A DNA stretch of 64,000 nt from the human T2T-CHM13v2.0 reference genome, Homo sapiens. The notes under the pieces were generated by a model. That model worked only from the letters and a program-made list of their open reading frames with translations, was not told where the DNA came from and ran no database searches. Position numbers and translations under genes: made by a program. Shown piece by piece: positions 1 through 13,067 of this stretch (position 1 is the stretch's first letter; each line of letters begins with the position of its first letter). The DNA lies in NCBI RefSeq assembly GCF_009914755.1, contig NC_060926.1, one strand, 5' to 3'.

Positions 1-631
1 ATCTTTTAATATGCATATTTACCATTTTGTTTCTTCCCATGTAAATTGATTGTTCAAATCTTTTCACACTTTACAATTATGCTACTTTGCCTTTTTAAGT
101 TTTAGGAGTTCTTTGTATATTCTGATTAAAAATATTTTATTGCATATGTGTATAAATATCTTTGTAAGTCAGTAGCTTTTATTTCTACAATGCTTATGAT
201 TTTTTCTAAAGTTTTAAAAGTTTATTCTAGATATATTTGTACCTTTATGGTTTATATTTATTGAGCATTGTTTAAGAAATATTTCTTTCTGGTAGTCATA
301 ATGATACTCTGCTATATGTGTGTAAGAGTTTAATTATTGTATAGAGTGAGGTACGGATCTGTTTTTTCCCCATATGAGTACAATGCTATTTTTAAGGGGC
401 TTATATTTTCCTCTAATATGAAATGCCTTTTAAAAAATTACCTTGTTCCAAGACACATGTAGGCTGGTATCTGAATTCCTTAGATTTATGACAGCATCAT
501 GATGTTTTCAATCACTTTTTCTTTAATTAAATCTTAATATAGTGTAAGGAAAATCTTTGTTCATGTTTTTTCTTCATTGCTTTATATACTATTATCCTTT
601 ATTCTTCTGTGAATTTTAAAATCCACTTCTA

Positions 632-959
<328 letters not shown>

Positions 960-1470
960 AAATCCACGTCTAATTCTCTAATGTCTTCTACTGGTTGCAG
1001 TAATTTCCAGAACTTCTTTGATTTTTGTATATAGACCAATTACTTCTGAATAATGGCAATTTTTATTTCTTTCTTTTAAATTCTTATACATGTTCTTTCT
1101 TTGTCTTATTTTACTTGACTTGCTTAACTGCCCAGTAAAATTATGACTAGGAAAAAAGAAAGAGATGCTTTTCTTGCCCTTGACTTAAAAAATAACTAAT
1201 ATTTTGCCATCAAATATTATATTTTGCCGGTTTGATTAGATATCTATGATTAATTCAAGGAATTCTGTTTTAGTACTGCATTTGTTAATATTTATGTCAT
1301 ACATCGGTGCTGAATTGTATCAAAAACACTTTTTACTCTTATGTATTTGGTTTTTTCCTTTAATTTGATAATGTGATGAATTGCTTTAATAAATTTTCAA
1401 AATCAAATCATCCTTGCAGTGTGAGATAAATACTTTTTAGATTTTTAATACATTTCTAAATTGAATTTTC

Positions 1471-1506
1471 TACTATTTTATTTAGTATTACTATTTTATT
1501 TAGTAT
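1471..1506. repeat. Perfect 18-bp tandem duplication
   Basis: TACTATTTTATTTAGTAT x2. Confidence 0.9.
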
Positions 1507-1939
1507 TCATGTTTATACCTGAAACTGGCACATAATTTTGGTTACCTGAATTTTTGTTTCTAGTTTTGAATTAGAATTGTATGTGCATTTTGAAGGTGTC
1601 TGGGAAGTGTTCCACTATAGAAAAAGATTATCTGTTTCTTGAAGGTTTCATAGAATTTCCTGCATCTGGTGGATATTTTTGAGGATGATGGAGTGGGAAA
1701 ATTGTGAAGTACTTACTCTTTTTTTTTTTTTGATAATTTTACATTCTTGTAGTTTTTGTTACTTTTAAAAGTACTGTTTCCATTAAATTTTCAATTGATA
1801 TACAATGTATTCACAGCATGCATAATTAAGAAGCATAACGTCTTCATCTTTATCTTTCCTGTCTTTTCAGCAGTATGTGATACAATTCGTAAGTTCCTTT
1901 CCCAGACTACAGGCTCTTCTGTGCTGTTTTCCCTGTGAC

Positions 1940-2290
1940 CTCTTCATTCTGTGCAGCTTCCACTCAGGTCCTCCTCATTCACCTGACTTTTTTTTACCTG
2001 GAGTGCCCCAGTAATCAGCCCTGGTGTCTTTTCAGTCTACACTCTTTTTTTTTTTTTTTTTTTCACTCATTAACTGGTGATATCATCCAGCCTCATGTTT
2101 TCATATCTGCAGCTCTGACCTCTTCCCTAAATCCCAGACCCATATATCCAAGTGGCTACTTCATGTGTCCACCTAAATATTCAATAGGCATCACAGATTT
2201 AAAATGTCCAAACTTGTGCCCTGATTTTACCCACTCAATTACTCTTATTCTAGTCTTCTCTCATAATTAACGGCAACTCTTCCTTGATTG
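1940..2290 (+). mobile_element. L2 LINE fragment
   Basis: L2-typical 'ccagacccatatatccaa...aataggcatcacagatttaaaatgtccaaac'. Confidence 0.65.
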
Positions 2291-2294
2291 CAGT

Positions 2295-2429
2295 CTTGTT
2301 AGAAACCTTGAGCCAGAGAACTCAGCTAAACCTTGCCTAAATTCCTGACCCACAGAAACCGTGGGATGATTAACATTGATGTTTCATGCTTCTAAGTTCT
2401 GGTATGTTTTCTACAGCAATAGATAACTA
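2295..2429 (+). mobile_element. MLT1-type MaLR LTR 3' part
   Basis: 'aattcctgacccacagaaaccgtgggatg...ctaagttctggta...gcaatagataacta' matches the MLT1 LTR terminus. Confidence 0.75.
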
Positions 2430-3586
2430 CAGTCATGTACCACATAGCAATATCTGCTTAGTGGTGGACTGCATATACAATGATGGTTCCACAAGATTAT
2501 AATGAAGTTGAAAAATTCATATTGCCTACTGAGTTATAATATTTTAATGCAATGCACTACTTACATGATTGTGGTGATGCTGGTGTAAAGTACTGCCAGT
2601 TGTAGAAAAGTTTTAAGACATGAAATTATACTTAATGATAATAATAAATGACAAAGTTACAGGTATAGGCATTTACTCTACTATACTTTTTGCTTTTATT
2701 TTAAAGTGTACCCCTTCTACTTACTTTAGAATGTACCCCTTCTACTTAAAAAAAATGTTGGCCTTGCATGGTGGCTCATGCCTGTAATCCCAGCACTTTG
2801 GGAGGCTGAGGTGGGCACATAACTAATGACAGTGATATTGAAAATAGTGATATTGATGATTCTGACTCTGTGTAGGCCTGGGCTAATGTGTGTTTGCATC
2901 TTAGTTTTTAATAAAGATGATTAAAAGGTAAAAATGAAAAAGTAGGAAATTTTAAAAACAGAAAAAAACCTTATAGAAAAAGGATATAAGAAAATAGTTT
3001 TGTACAGCTGTAAAATGTGTTTGTGTTTTAAGGTAAGTGTTATTAAAAAAAGTCAACAAGTTTTAAAAAATTAATAGTTTATAAAGTAAAAGAGTTACAG
3101 TAGGCTAAGAGTAATTTATGATTAAGGAGAGAAAATTTTTTATAAATCTGTGTAGCCTATGTATACAGTGTTTGTAAAGTCCGCAGTCATGTACCGTAAT
3201 GTCCTAGGCCATCACATTCACTTACCCTTCACTCACTGACTCACCCGGAAATACTTTCAGTCCCCTGAGCTACATTCATGGTAAGTGTACAGGTGTACCA
3301 TTTTTTTATCTTTTAACCCACATTTTTACGGTATCTTTTCTGTATTTAGATATGTTTCAATACAAAAATACTTACCATTGTGTTACAATTACCTGCAGCA
3401 TTCAGTACTGCAACATGCTATACAGGTTTGTAGCCTATGAGCATTAGGCTGTAACATATAGCCTAGGTGTATAATAGACTGTACCATCAGGTTTGTTTAA
3501 GGACACCCTATGATGTCCATGCAATGATGAAATAACTTAATAAGGCATTTCTCAGAACATATCCCCATCGTTAAATGACACGACTG
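2430..3586 (+). mobile_element. Tigger3 (Golem) non-autonomous derivative, Tigger3b-like
   Basis: Starts TA|CAGTCATGTACCACATA...CAAGATTATAAT and ends CATTTCTCAGAACATATCCCCATCGTTAA...GACTG, the Tigger3 termini. Confidence 0.85.
2760..2820 (+). mobile_element. Alu 5' fragment (about 60 bp) inside Tigger3
   Basis: GGCCTTGCATGGTGGCTCATGCCTGTAATCCCAGCACTTTGGGAGGCTGAGGTGGGC, then an abrupt return to Tigger3 sequence. Confidence 0.9.
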
Positions 3587-4107
3587 TGATACAAAGTATA
3601 TTCCAGCTTTTTTTAATTATTTGGAAAAAACATATAAGATTGATACTATTTCTTCTTTCAATAGAGTGTACATATATAAAACATTTGTCCTAGAGCTTTC
3701 TTTGTGGAAAGGTTTATAATTACAGTTTTATAATTTCTTTCATGGTCATATTAACTATTTCTCCTGCTGTATTTTATTTGCCAAATAACTTAAGTGATTA
3801 GAAACTGTAGTTTTAAGACAAATGCAGAAAATGAATCAAATAATAATAATGGTGAATAATTATTACTTTCTTAGGGTCATCATGTCATAGATGGAAGAAG
3901 GTCAAGATTGATGAATATCATGCTTCTTCAAACTTCCTTAACCGTAAGGATTTTATCTCCTTCTAACCAGAGATCATTATAACATCCACTTCAGCTCTAT
4001 GGGTCTTATAGTTAAAAAAAAAAATCCTCCAGGTTTCTGAAGTGAATATTTTGCTTTAATTGTATCACAGTAGTTCCTCCTTATCTTTGTTGCTTCAATT
4101 GTATTAG

Positions 4108-4767
4108 AGTAGTTCCTCTTTATCTTTGGGGGAATATGTTCAGTGACCCTCAGTGGATGCCTGAAACCATAGGTAGGACTGAACCCTATATACATTATTT
4201 TTTTTCTATACATACTTACCTATGATAAAGTGTAATTTATAAATTAGGCACAGTAGGAGATTAAAACAATCAATAATAAAATAGAACAAGTTTAACAATA
4301 TACTCTTCAAAATTTCACAGATAGGAGATTTGTTCTTACCATAGTTCTTAGCAACCTCAGCATAGGATTATTTATCTTTCCTTGTTAAATTAAGAACTTT
4401 CACCTTTTCTCTTAAGGGAAGCATGTTACAGCTTCTCTTTGGCATATCCGAACTACCGGTGTTTCTACTCTTGGGGCTTTGGAGACATGTTAAGTAAAAT
4501 ATGGGTTACTGGAACACGAGCATCATGGTAATTCCAGAACAGTCTCTCTGGTCACCAAGAAGGCTATTAAGTGACCAACGGGTGGGCAGCATCTACATCG
4601 TGGATCCACTGGGGTGGAGTAGAATGATGTGCGATTTCATCATGCTACTCAAGAACTTATGAATTTTATATTTCTAGAATTTTCCATTTAAAATTTTCAG
4701 ACCACAGTTGATTTTAGGTAACTGGCACCACAGAAATCAAAACTCCTGATAAGGGGGGAATTACTGT
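4108..4767 (-). mobile_element. MER44-type (Tigger7 family) DNA transposon
   Basis: Termini resemble CAGTAGTCCCCCCTTATC on the left and GATAAGGGGGGAATTACTG|TA on the right. Internal 'cagtggatgcctgaaacc' and 'tttataaattaggcacagta'. Confidence 0.8.
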
Positions 4768-6009
4768 ATTATTATAATATTTCATCATCTCAAAGCTGTC
4801 CCGAATATATTAATATAAATATGGGCCATAAAATACTACTTGATTCCAAATTCAACCAAAAGCCCAAGTAGGTTTTTAACAAATATTTTTAATATTTTAA
4901 TCTACCTTATATTTGTTTTTAAAAGTTAAGTGTTGGATGTAAACATTTATAATATAGATTTTGTTAATGGTATATCTGCCACATTGAATCAGTCTTTATG
5001 TTGCATGCCATTTTTCAAAAAGGTCAAAAATAACAAAAAATTGTATAAAGTAAACAATTATTTGAATAAGAAGCATTCTATTAAAGGATGTTGAAGAGTA
5101 TATTTCCAAGCATCTTGTAATTTGGAATTTTGAGCATTTCTCTAATTTGTACAACAGCACTTTTATTTAGTTTAAATCAGAATCAATTTATTTGTAAGGA
5201 TTTTGACACACAAAAAACTGTAAGCAGCTAGTGTGTAGACCTAAAAGATTAGTTCTATGAAATGGCTTTCAAACAAGTGCTTTTGCTGTAATTCAGATAA
5301 ACTTTGATACTCTAAATAGATATTTGGTAAACATTTAGCTACCCAAAAAGTTTGTGAAACAGCTCAGCACCTTTTTTTCTCAGCCCCCTAAGCTCAGTAT
5401 ATTCACTCTTTTTCAGTAAAGAAAAAGGAAAAGGTCAGAGATAAAATTATCTTGGTAAATAGGGTGAGACAAGAGCTATGGGAATTGACTGTTTCAGTTG
5501 TCTTCCTCAATATTTTTTTTCTATTGTCAGAACAAACTCTCATTCCTACTGTCTGTTATACCTGCTGAGTTTGGTACTCCATGGCATGGCAGAAATGTCC
5601 ACCTCCCCTCCGCACACGCATATCCTACTCTAAACTTCAGCTTGTCTCATTTGCCATTCATGACACATATGATTTCCATTTGATTAAAAAAAATTACTAA
5701 TTTTTGTTTGGTGCTATTGAGTTATTACTTTTTGTTAGCCTCTAAACATTTATTACAGTGAGGTGTGATGTATAAAGAGTGGAGAGGAATGAATATGTGT
5801 TCTCTATTTGCTACGCTAAATTGTTTATTTTTTTAAATAGTTGTAATAGCCATTTTGTTAAATTTACTAGGCAGAAATTTATTTCTATTTTGTAATTTTT
5901 TTTCTTGTAAAAGTCAGGTTTCATTAAAAATCAAGTTTCTAAAAGGTGCCAGGCCCTGTGGATTGTAGATTCTGATGTATTATAGATCTGGTGCATAAGG
6001 CAAACAATT

Positions 6010-7230
6010 TAATTTTTAGAAAAAAGCAAAGGAAACATACTTGTGACATTGAAATGGTTAAATATTTCTTAATCCAACAATAAAAAGTGTCAATCAGAAA
6101 AAAGATAATTTAACCTATATAGACTCTGTAAATGTTGATAATCATAACACTGTTAAGAGAGTTGAAAGGCAACCCACATCATGGAAATAAATACTTAAGA
6201 GTGCATATAGATTAAAGAAATACAAATCATGACAAAAAGAAAAGTGGGCTAAAATATTTGAACAAATTCTTATGAAATAAGCCATCCAAATAGGAGAAGA
6301 AGAAAGAGGAGGAAGGAAAGGAGGAAGAGGAGAATAAAGAAAATCAGATTATCTCATTAATCTCTAGAAGGTACAAATTAACACCATAATGAGATGCATT
6401 GCTCACTTATTCGAATGGCCAAATTGAAACAAACACATTTTGATGAGGACATGGAGAAAAAGGAAATGCATACTCTGCTGGTGGGAGAATAAGTTGTAAA
6501 CCACTTTGGAAAAGCGTTGGCTATGTCTCTACTAAAGTTAATCATATGCACATTCTAAAACCCAGCAATTCAATTCCCGGGTATATACCTAAAATTACTA
6601 TTTTTTAATTAAAAGGTATGTATTGAATGCTCACGGAAGCTCTTAACAGCCCCACCCGGAGATAATTCAAATACTCTAGTATAAAATGGATTTTTTTTAA
6701 GTATGGTATATTCACAGGATACATTAATATGCAGCAATGAAAACAGATAACCTAAAATTACATGCAAAAATATGAAAGAATCTCACAAATATGACACTGA
6801 AAAAAGAATACAAACACAAAAATCTGTGTTTTATGTAATTCTGTGAATATATTGTTCATATAAACTAAAAAAATTATGTTAATAGGCAAAATTCATCTAT
6901 GCTGTTAGATGAAGAACATTCTTGGGTGGAGATAGGGGCTTTTTGGAGGATTTTCTAGTTGTTCATCTTGGTGCTGGTTTCACAAATATTTTCAACTTAT
7001 AAAAATTCATTGACATTTTATATATAATTTTCATTATGTTTATGATACTTTAATAAAAAGTTTAAAATATAACAATTTAGCAAGGGTAGAAAGAGGAGGA
7101 CACAGTTAATGATGAGGTAAATTTCATTTTGTATTCATAATTGTTGAAATGTGTATTGGGTAACTAAGAGTTCACTCTACTATTCTTCCTACTTTTGTGT
7201 AAAATGAAATCTTTTCATAACAGAAAAGGT
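6010..7230 (+). mobile_element. L1ME/L1MC-type 3' end fragments
   Basis: 'tactctgctggtgggagaat...ccactttggaaa', 'cccagcaattcaattcccgggtatatacct', ending 'tactttaataaaaag'; a further 3'-end piece near 7150-7230. Confidence 0.7.
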
Positions 7231-7349
7231 AAAACATAGGTAAAAAGTTAAAATGAAAGAACAACTTCCTACCTGCAGATATATTGCTAGATCTGAGATT
7301 AATACCACCATAAAGTAACCTCTGAAAAGTTGACATATTTGAGCACGAT

Positions 7350-7436
7350 GTTCACTGATTCAACTAAAGTGCCTAGAACAGTGCGTAGCCTATAGTAGGC
7401 ACACAATAAGCATTTGCTAAGTGAAATAATGATTGA
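7350..7436 (+). mobile_element. L2 3' terminus
   Basis: 'gtgcctagaacagtgcgtagcctatagtaggcacacaataagcatttgc'. Confidence 0.7.
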
Positions 7437-7455
7437 ACCTGAAAGGCCACTCTAG

Positions 7456-8026
7456 GGTTGAAGAGGGAAAGCTTCCTTTTTTCCCTCTGAAGTTTCCCTA
7501 AAAATGAACCGATGAAAGGCAGATTAACAGGAGAAAAAGGCAACCAAAATTTATGTAACGTGTACAGGGGAAAACCACAGGAGAGTGATTATTCCATAAC
7601 CAATCAGATCTGGATGCTAATGTACACGTACCTTTCTTCATAAGGGAAGGGGAGAGGGGAAATGTGGCAACGTTGAGCGGTGGTAATAAGTTTTAGGAGG
7701 AACAAATGGGCCTGGCACTCATACAATGGTTAGGAAATGAATATCTTTGAGAACTGAATGGGCCTGGAGGAAACAGACAATGGCTCATGACAAAATCTGT
7801 CCAGGTGAGGTTACATTCCTCAGTCTCCCTTCCTGTGACATGAGTTCAGTTTTGAAATCTGAGGGAAGGGACAAAAGGTAATTGTTTTCTTCTTTGGCAC
7901 TTCTGACCCTTCTGCAGAGAAGGGAAAAATTCTTCTAGCATCTGTTGGTGTCCAAGGGCATTTTATTCAAAATACTGTGCATACCAGGGTACCATATTTT
8001 GGAGTGGCAGCCCTTGGATTTCTTCA
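7456..8026 (-). mobile_element. ERV1 solo LTR, MER34/MER39-like
   Basis: Minus strand begins TGAAGAAATCCAAGGGCTGCCACTCCAAAATATGG; plus strand has 'aaggcagattaacaggagaaaaaggca' typical of the MER34 group in antisense. Confidence 0.7.
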
Positions 8027-8359
8027 CCATATAGTTGAGGTAATTACATTGCAGAAATAAGACATAATAAAAATCTCCAACTCTAAATTTGGAGATTGTG
8101 GTTGTGTTGTATAAGTGCAAAAAAAGATAAAATCTGGCTTTAGTTTATTCTGGCTCTATACTCTTCCTCTCTTAGAAGTCCAAATCACTTCCTTAAGCAA
8201 ACCAAGGTCCCTGGTATGAAAGTAACAATGTTTGTCTTTTCTGTGAGGCAAATGTCTTTGCTTAATAATCTCATCCATTCCACTCATTTCTTTGTACTTT
8301 CTTCTATCATAAACGAGCCCTTTCCTTCCAGGTAGCCAAGAGTATGTTTTATTTAAACC

Positions 8360-8500
8360 TAGATGACAGGTTGATGGGTGCAGCAAATCACCATGGCACG
8401 TGTATACCTATGTAACAAATCTGTACGTTCTGCACATGTATCTCAGAACTTAAAGTATAATAATAAAATATAATAATAATAAAACAAAACAAACAAAAAA
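8360..8500 (+). mobile_element. Very short 5'-truncated L1PA (about L1PA6-8) 3' end with A-rich tail
   Basis: TAGATGACAGGTTGATGGGTGCAGCAAATCACCATGGCACGTGTATACCTATGTAACAAA...AGAACTTAAAGTATAATAATAAA, then an (AAT)/(AAAC) tail. Possible TSD AAACC(C)TA. Confidence 0.92.
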
Positions 8501-8750
8501 CCCTAAAATGGCTATATGGTACTTCAAAGAGATAGATGAAGGAAAATGACACAAGGAGGTTAAAAATAAAGGAACGATAAAAACTGTAAGATTCAAAAAA
8601 AAGGAAAGTGAACTGGGGAACAGGGAGAATGGCTACTAGGTGTGTTTTCTTTCTCCAAGAAACAATGTATTTAGAAACAATATATTGCTTGGCTTTATCC
8701 TCAAAGTAATCTTGAGGAAAAGCATTTAGAAAACAAGTCCAGAGAAGACT

Positions 8751-8801
8751 ACACACACACACACACATACACATGCACACACACTCACACACACACACAC
8801 A
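8751..8801. repeat. (CA)n microsatellite, interrupted
   Basis: Direct reading. Confidence 0.95.
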
Positions 8802-8856
8802 AATACTCTGAGTAGCCAGTTCCAAGGAGTGAATGCATATTTGACTTTCCATACTA

Positions 8857-9535
8857 CAGTTGATTGTTGAACAACGCAGGAGTTAGAGGCGCCACCCTAC
8901 CCCCACTCCTGCAGTTGAAAATCCATGTATAACTTTTGATTCCTCAAAAGCTTAACTACTAATAGCCTACCCTTAATGGGAAGTCTCACTGATAACATAA
9001 ATAAATCATGAACACATAGTTTGAATGTTATATGTATTATTTACCGCATTCTTCCAATAAGCTGGGTGAAAGAAAATGTTAAGAAAATGATAAGGAAGAG
9101 AAAATATATTTACAATACTGTACAGTATTTATTGTTACATTAATACATGTTACATTACAAACCCTTTGTTTGAAATGGTGGGCAATGACCACTTCAGACC
9201 TCAATCTACAGTCCGTATCAAGCAATTCAAATTGATCTTGTAACGTCATGACTTTACGCCGCTTCTTGGGAGTATTTCCAGCATCACTAGAAGTGCTTCA
9301 TATGGGTCCCCTGGTGTTATTCAAGGTTTATGGTATTGCACTAAACACGACGAAAAATACATAAGAACAGTGAGAGATACTTTTTACTGTGATACCCAAC
9401 TTACTGGAGAGAGGAGCTGAGTAACACAAAGATGATTAATGTAACAAGACATTTTAAGCGAATACTTGAAGCATTTGAGCTCACCAGGATAGCAACAAGA
9501 GGTGGCTACGAAATTATTATAGTAATGCAGTATGC
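8857..9535 (-). mobile_element. Tigger2 derivative (Tigger2b-like) with a dead transposase N-terminus
   Basis: TA|CAGTTGATTGTTGAACAAC TIR. Minus strand about 9170-9312 translates GPI*STSSDAGNTPKKRRKVMTLQDQFELLD...RLRSEVVIAHHFK, like the pogo/Tigger2 HTH N-terminus. The start codon is lost and there is an in-frame TGA. Confidence 0.85.
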
Positions 9536-10014
9536 ACAATTACAATCAAGCTAATAAAAGCAATGTATCATTTCATTTTCTAAAATGAAATCCTAAGTTG
9601 TAAAATACTTCTACAGGCTTTAAAATAAGAAAAAAATCAGATTATTAAATATTAAAGACACATTAGTTATTAGTTGTGCTTTAAAATAAGTATCTGAAAT
9701 TTTCAAATTCACTTTTTAAAAAAGCCTGAGTTCCATTCACACTTATATAGGACAAATGAGTTTACTTTAATAAAGATTCCTTTTGGGTATGCTTTTAAGC
9801 AACATTTTGTATTGATGCAGGACAGTTGGCCAACAGTAATTGGTAGCAGCATTTTACCACCCAATTTGTTTTACAGTAGAAGCACTAACTTCAGAGTCCA
9901 GATTTTGCATCTTTCATAAAATAGGAAATCTGATTCAATGACTTAAGGAAAGGATAAGTTGAAGCTTGGTTTTGATATACGCAAGCCTTCTTACACAAGC
10001 CAGTCTTGTCTCCA

Positions 10015-10605
10015 TACAATCCATTCTCCTGATTGAAACAGAGAGTGAGCATTCTAAAATGTAAATTTGCTTAAATTACAATCTGACATTAAAACACTGC
10101 ACTGACTCCCTATTTCCTTTAGGATAAAGTCCCCAGTCATTTCTGAAGGTTCTGAAGGTTCATTTATCCTCCGTCCTGTGCATACCCCTTCAGTATTGTT
10201 TTTGAGGACTGCCTTTCTCACATTCTACTTCAGCTCTCTGTATGTGTTATCCTCTCTTTTATCTTCAACACGTGCAGTCATCTTTGTCTGATATTTCCAC
10301 ACTCAATTCTATCACAGTGTAGCCTTCCAAATTCGAACTTACTTTTCTCATAAGACTTCCCTGACTTTTTAATATTAACTTAATATCGCCTCCTAAGATT
10401 TCCACAGCATACATATTTTAGTAATTATCCAGGTTACATGTTTCTGTTACAACTGCCTATTGGCTTATCTCTCTCCACCATTTCTCTAAACCCTTCCTAT
10501 TAAGAATATGGGTTATCTTTTTTTGGTAATCATGCACAAAGTATTTAACACAATGTCTATCTCACAATACATTCTCAATAAATAACTGTTGAAACAACAT
10601 ATGAA
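10015..10605 (+). mobile_element. L2 fragment
   Basis: 'aatccattctcc...ttctaaaatgtaaat...tttaggataaagtcc', ending 'ctcaataaataactgttgaa'. Confidence 0.65.
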
Positions 10606-11579
10606 CAAGTTATGAGAAACAAAGTCATCTTTTGTTTAAATCCTGAAAACACGTCATAAACAGTGCAAGGGTAATTCTATATTATTGTAAATATTCTCCA
10701 CCCTGAAGGATTCAGAACTTACTTATTTTCACTCCCGACAAAACGTACTTTTCCAAGTTAAACTTGTAATATCCACATCTCCAGTTCTCTTAAAATTTAC
10801 ATACTAGCCTTTACTTATAATTTTCCCCTATATTGAACTTGCTATTAAATGACTTATATGGCTATTTCTCAAAATCCCCCCTTAAAGAGATAGAAACAAG
10901 AAATATTTGACCAGCCACAGTTAAGTTTAAGAAAGAGGAATGATTTTTCAAATTCTCTGGCTTCTGTTTTCCTACTCAAAGTCACATGAATGTTTTGCCA
11001 CCTAAGTATTTGTTACTTTATTTTAATGTTTGCAGATGTCAAATACAATTTGGACCTCTGTTCAACAAATAATTTATGGTTGGGGACTCTTTTTAGATGG
11101 TAAAGTTTCCTCCTGTGTATAGCTAGCACTGACAGTTATTCTGAACAAAAGCAAACAACCACCTGAAAGTCCCTGAAAGAACTGGTCCAATAAACAGAAG
11201 ATAGCTAACACATCAGTGGAGGGCATTAGAGCATCATTAAATTGAATTTGTTGCAGGGAAAGAATTGTCTGTATAACTGTCATCCAAAAGTGCATCTCTC
11301 CTTGACAAAATCCAATTATGTCAGGAGAACTAGCTAAACATGCCTAATTTCAAAACTCAAAGAAAACTGCAAAAGGCTATAGAAATTATCTGGTTGGACT
11401 TCTATATAGAATAGAGCTTGTTTGGGCTTATAAGAAAGTACTTCAGAACATCCAAGCAACCCTGTCCATGGCCTTCCTGTGACTATACTATTAATGGTTA
11501 AAACTGCATTCGCAGTCTAGAGATAAAGCAAAATTTTAATTAGGAAATAAAATTATATTTTCTTTGAAGTAAGCATACT

Positions 11580-11720
11580 AAGAAAAAAAGAAAGAAGGAA
11601 AAGAAGGAAGATGAAAGAAAGGAAGGAAGAGAGAAAAAAGGAATGAAGGAAGAAAGGAAGGAAGGGAGGGAGGGAAGGAGGGAAGGAGGGAAGGAGGGAG
11701 GGAAGAGAGATAAGGAGGGG
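11580..11720. repeat. Polypurine (GAAA/GGAA/GGGA) low-complexity tract
   Basis: About 140 bp almost entirely purine on the + strand. Confidence 0.95.
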
Positions 11721-11829
11721 ACAAAACCAGATTATTTCTCCCAAGGCCTATTTGACAAATGGTACTTTAAATACATGATGCCTTTGACACACATTTCTTT
11801 GCTCGTCTAATAGCCTTTGCCTACAATGA

Positions 11830-12232
11830 TATCTATTTTTCCTTTTCCTTCATGTAATAAACAGTCTGACTCCAACTGTGATGTTTGACTGCTGACAGCT
11901 TTCAAGCAGCACCCTGTCTCTCATCCTGGGCTCCACATCTGGGCAGGGTGATAAGAAAGCCTGGGTGTTCTTTTCCTTGGTGCCAGTGGGAAGTTCAAAA
12001 CACACAAGCCTCTGCTGATATGGAAGAACATCCATCCCAACTCCAACTCCTAGCCACCATAGTAACCCTATGCCATCCTCTTTTCCCAGTTCTCAAACCA
12101 TTTCAGACCTGCTTCAGAGGCCTGCCCTACCCTGCCCTAGAAAGCCTCATTATGTGAGTGAAAACCATTTTCATACCCTCTTGGTGGGTGTGTGAATTCA
12201 TGAATCTTAACTTACAAACCAATGTTTGGGTG
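11830..12232 (+). mobile_element. ERVL LTR, MER54/MER73-like
   Basis: 'gatgtttgactgctgacagctttcaagc', 'ccacatctgggcagggtgataagaaagcctgggtg', 'gggaagttcaaa', 'tttcataccctcttggtg'. Confidence 0.65.
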
Positions 12233-12731
12233 AACACAAAATCTCATGTATTATATATGTATAAATGGAAGTCATAGTATTAATGCACCACAAGACTGTG
12301 AATCTACAGAATGCATTTCAAATAGGGGTGAGAAATAACCAGAATGAATTTTTAAAAATTAAATAACAGACTCTGTTCACTGAAGAAAGAAAATGTGTCA
12401 CACAGATTCAAGAACAAATAAATCAATGTTGCTTTATCATGAAATAAATAGTAGTGAGAACTGTATAATATTCAGTACTGTCAATAAGTTCAGCTGTTTA
12501 CAAGGCAAAAGTGGGAGGTATATAAAAAGACCTGAAGCAGACAGAAACTGTATAATGTCCCAGGTTTATTTTACGTACTGAAAAGATATCAAAGTGAAGA
12601 TATATCTCACAATGGGAAGAACACATTTCTGGAACGTGATTTATAAATTATTATAGCATTGTATTGTAACATATTTTCATTGATTTCTAATATAAAATAG
12701 AAGATAAACTCTGTGGGGAAAAAAGTTCACT

Positions 12732-13034
12732 GGCCAGGCTCGGTGGCTCATGCCTGTAATCCCAGCACTTTGGGAGGCCGAGGTGCGCGGATCATCTGAG
12801 GTCAGGAGTTTGAGACCAGCCTGACCGACATGGAGAAACATCGTCTCTACTAAAAATGCAATATTAGCCAGGCATGGTGGCGCATGCCTGTAATCCCAGC
12901 TACTCAGGAAGTCTGAGGCAGGAGAATCACTTGAACCTGGGAGGCGGGGTTTGCGGTGAGCCGATATCGCGCCACTGCACTCCATCCTGAGCAATAAGAG
13001 CGAAACTTGGTCTCGAAAAAAAAAAAAAAAGAAA
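12732..13034 (+). mobile_element. AluSp-like, full length
   Basis: Diagnostic CCTGACC..CATGGAGAAAC and GAGCGAAAC. TSD AAAAAAGTTCAC at 12719-12730 and 13035-13046. Confidence 0.95.
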
Positions 13035-13067
13035 AAAAAAGTTCACCCACATACTGATTTAAAAAGT

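Noticed and set aside
8388-8852. 154-aa minus-strand ORF
   Set aside because: Made of (TG)n, the antisense L1 tail and the L1 3' UTR.
11640-11705. GGAA microsatellite as an EWS-FLI1 response element
   Set aside because: Too few consecutive perfect GGAA units; mostly GGGA/GGA interruptions.
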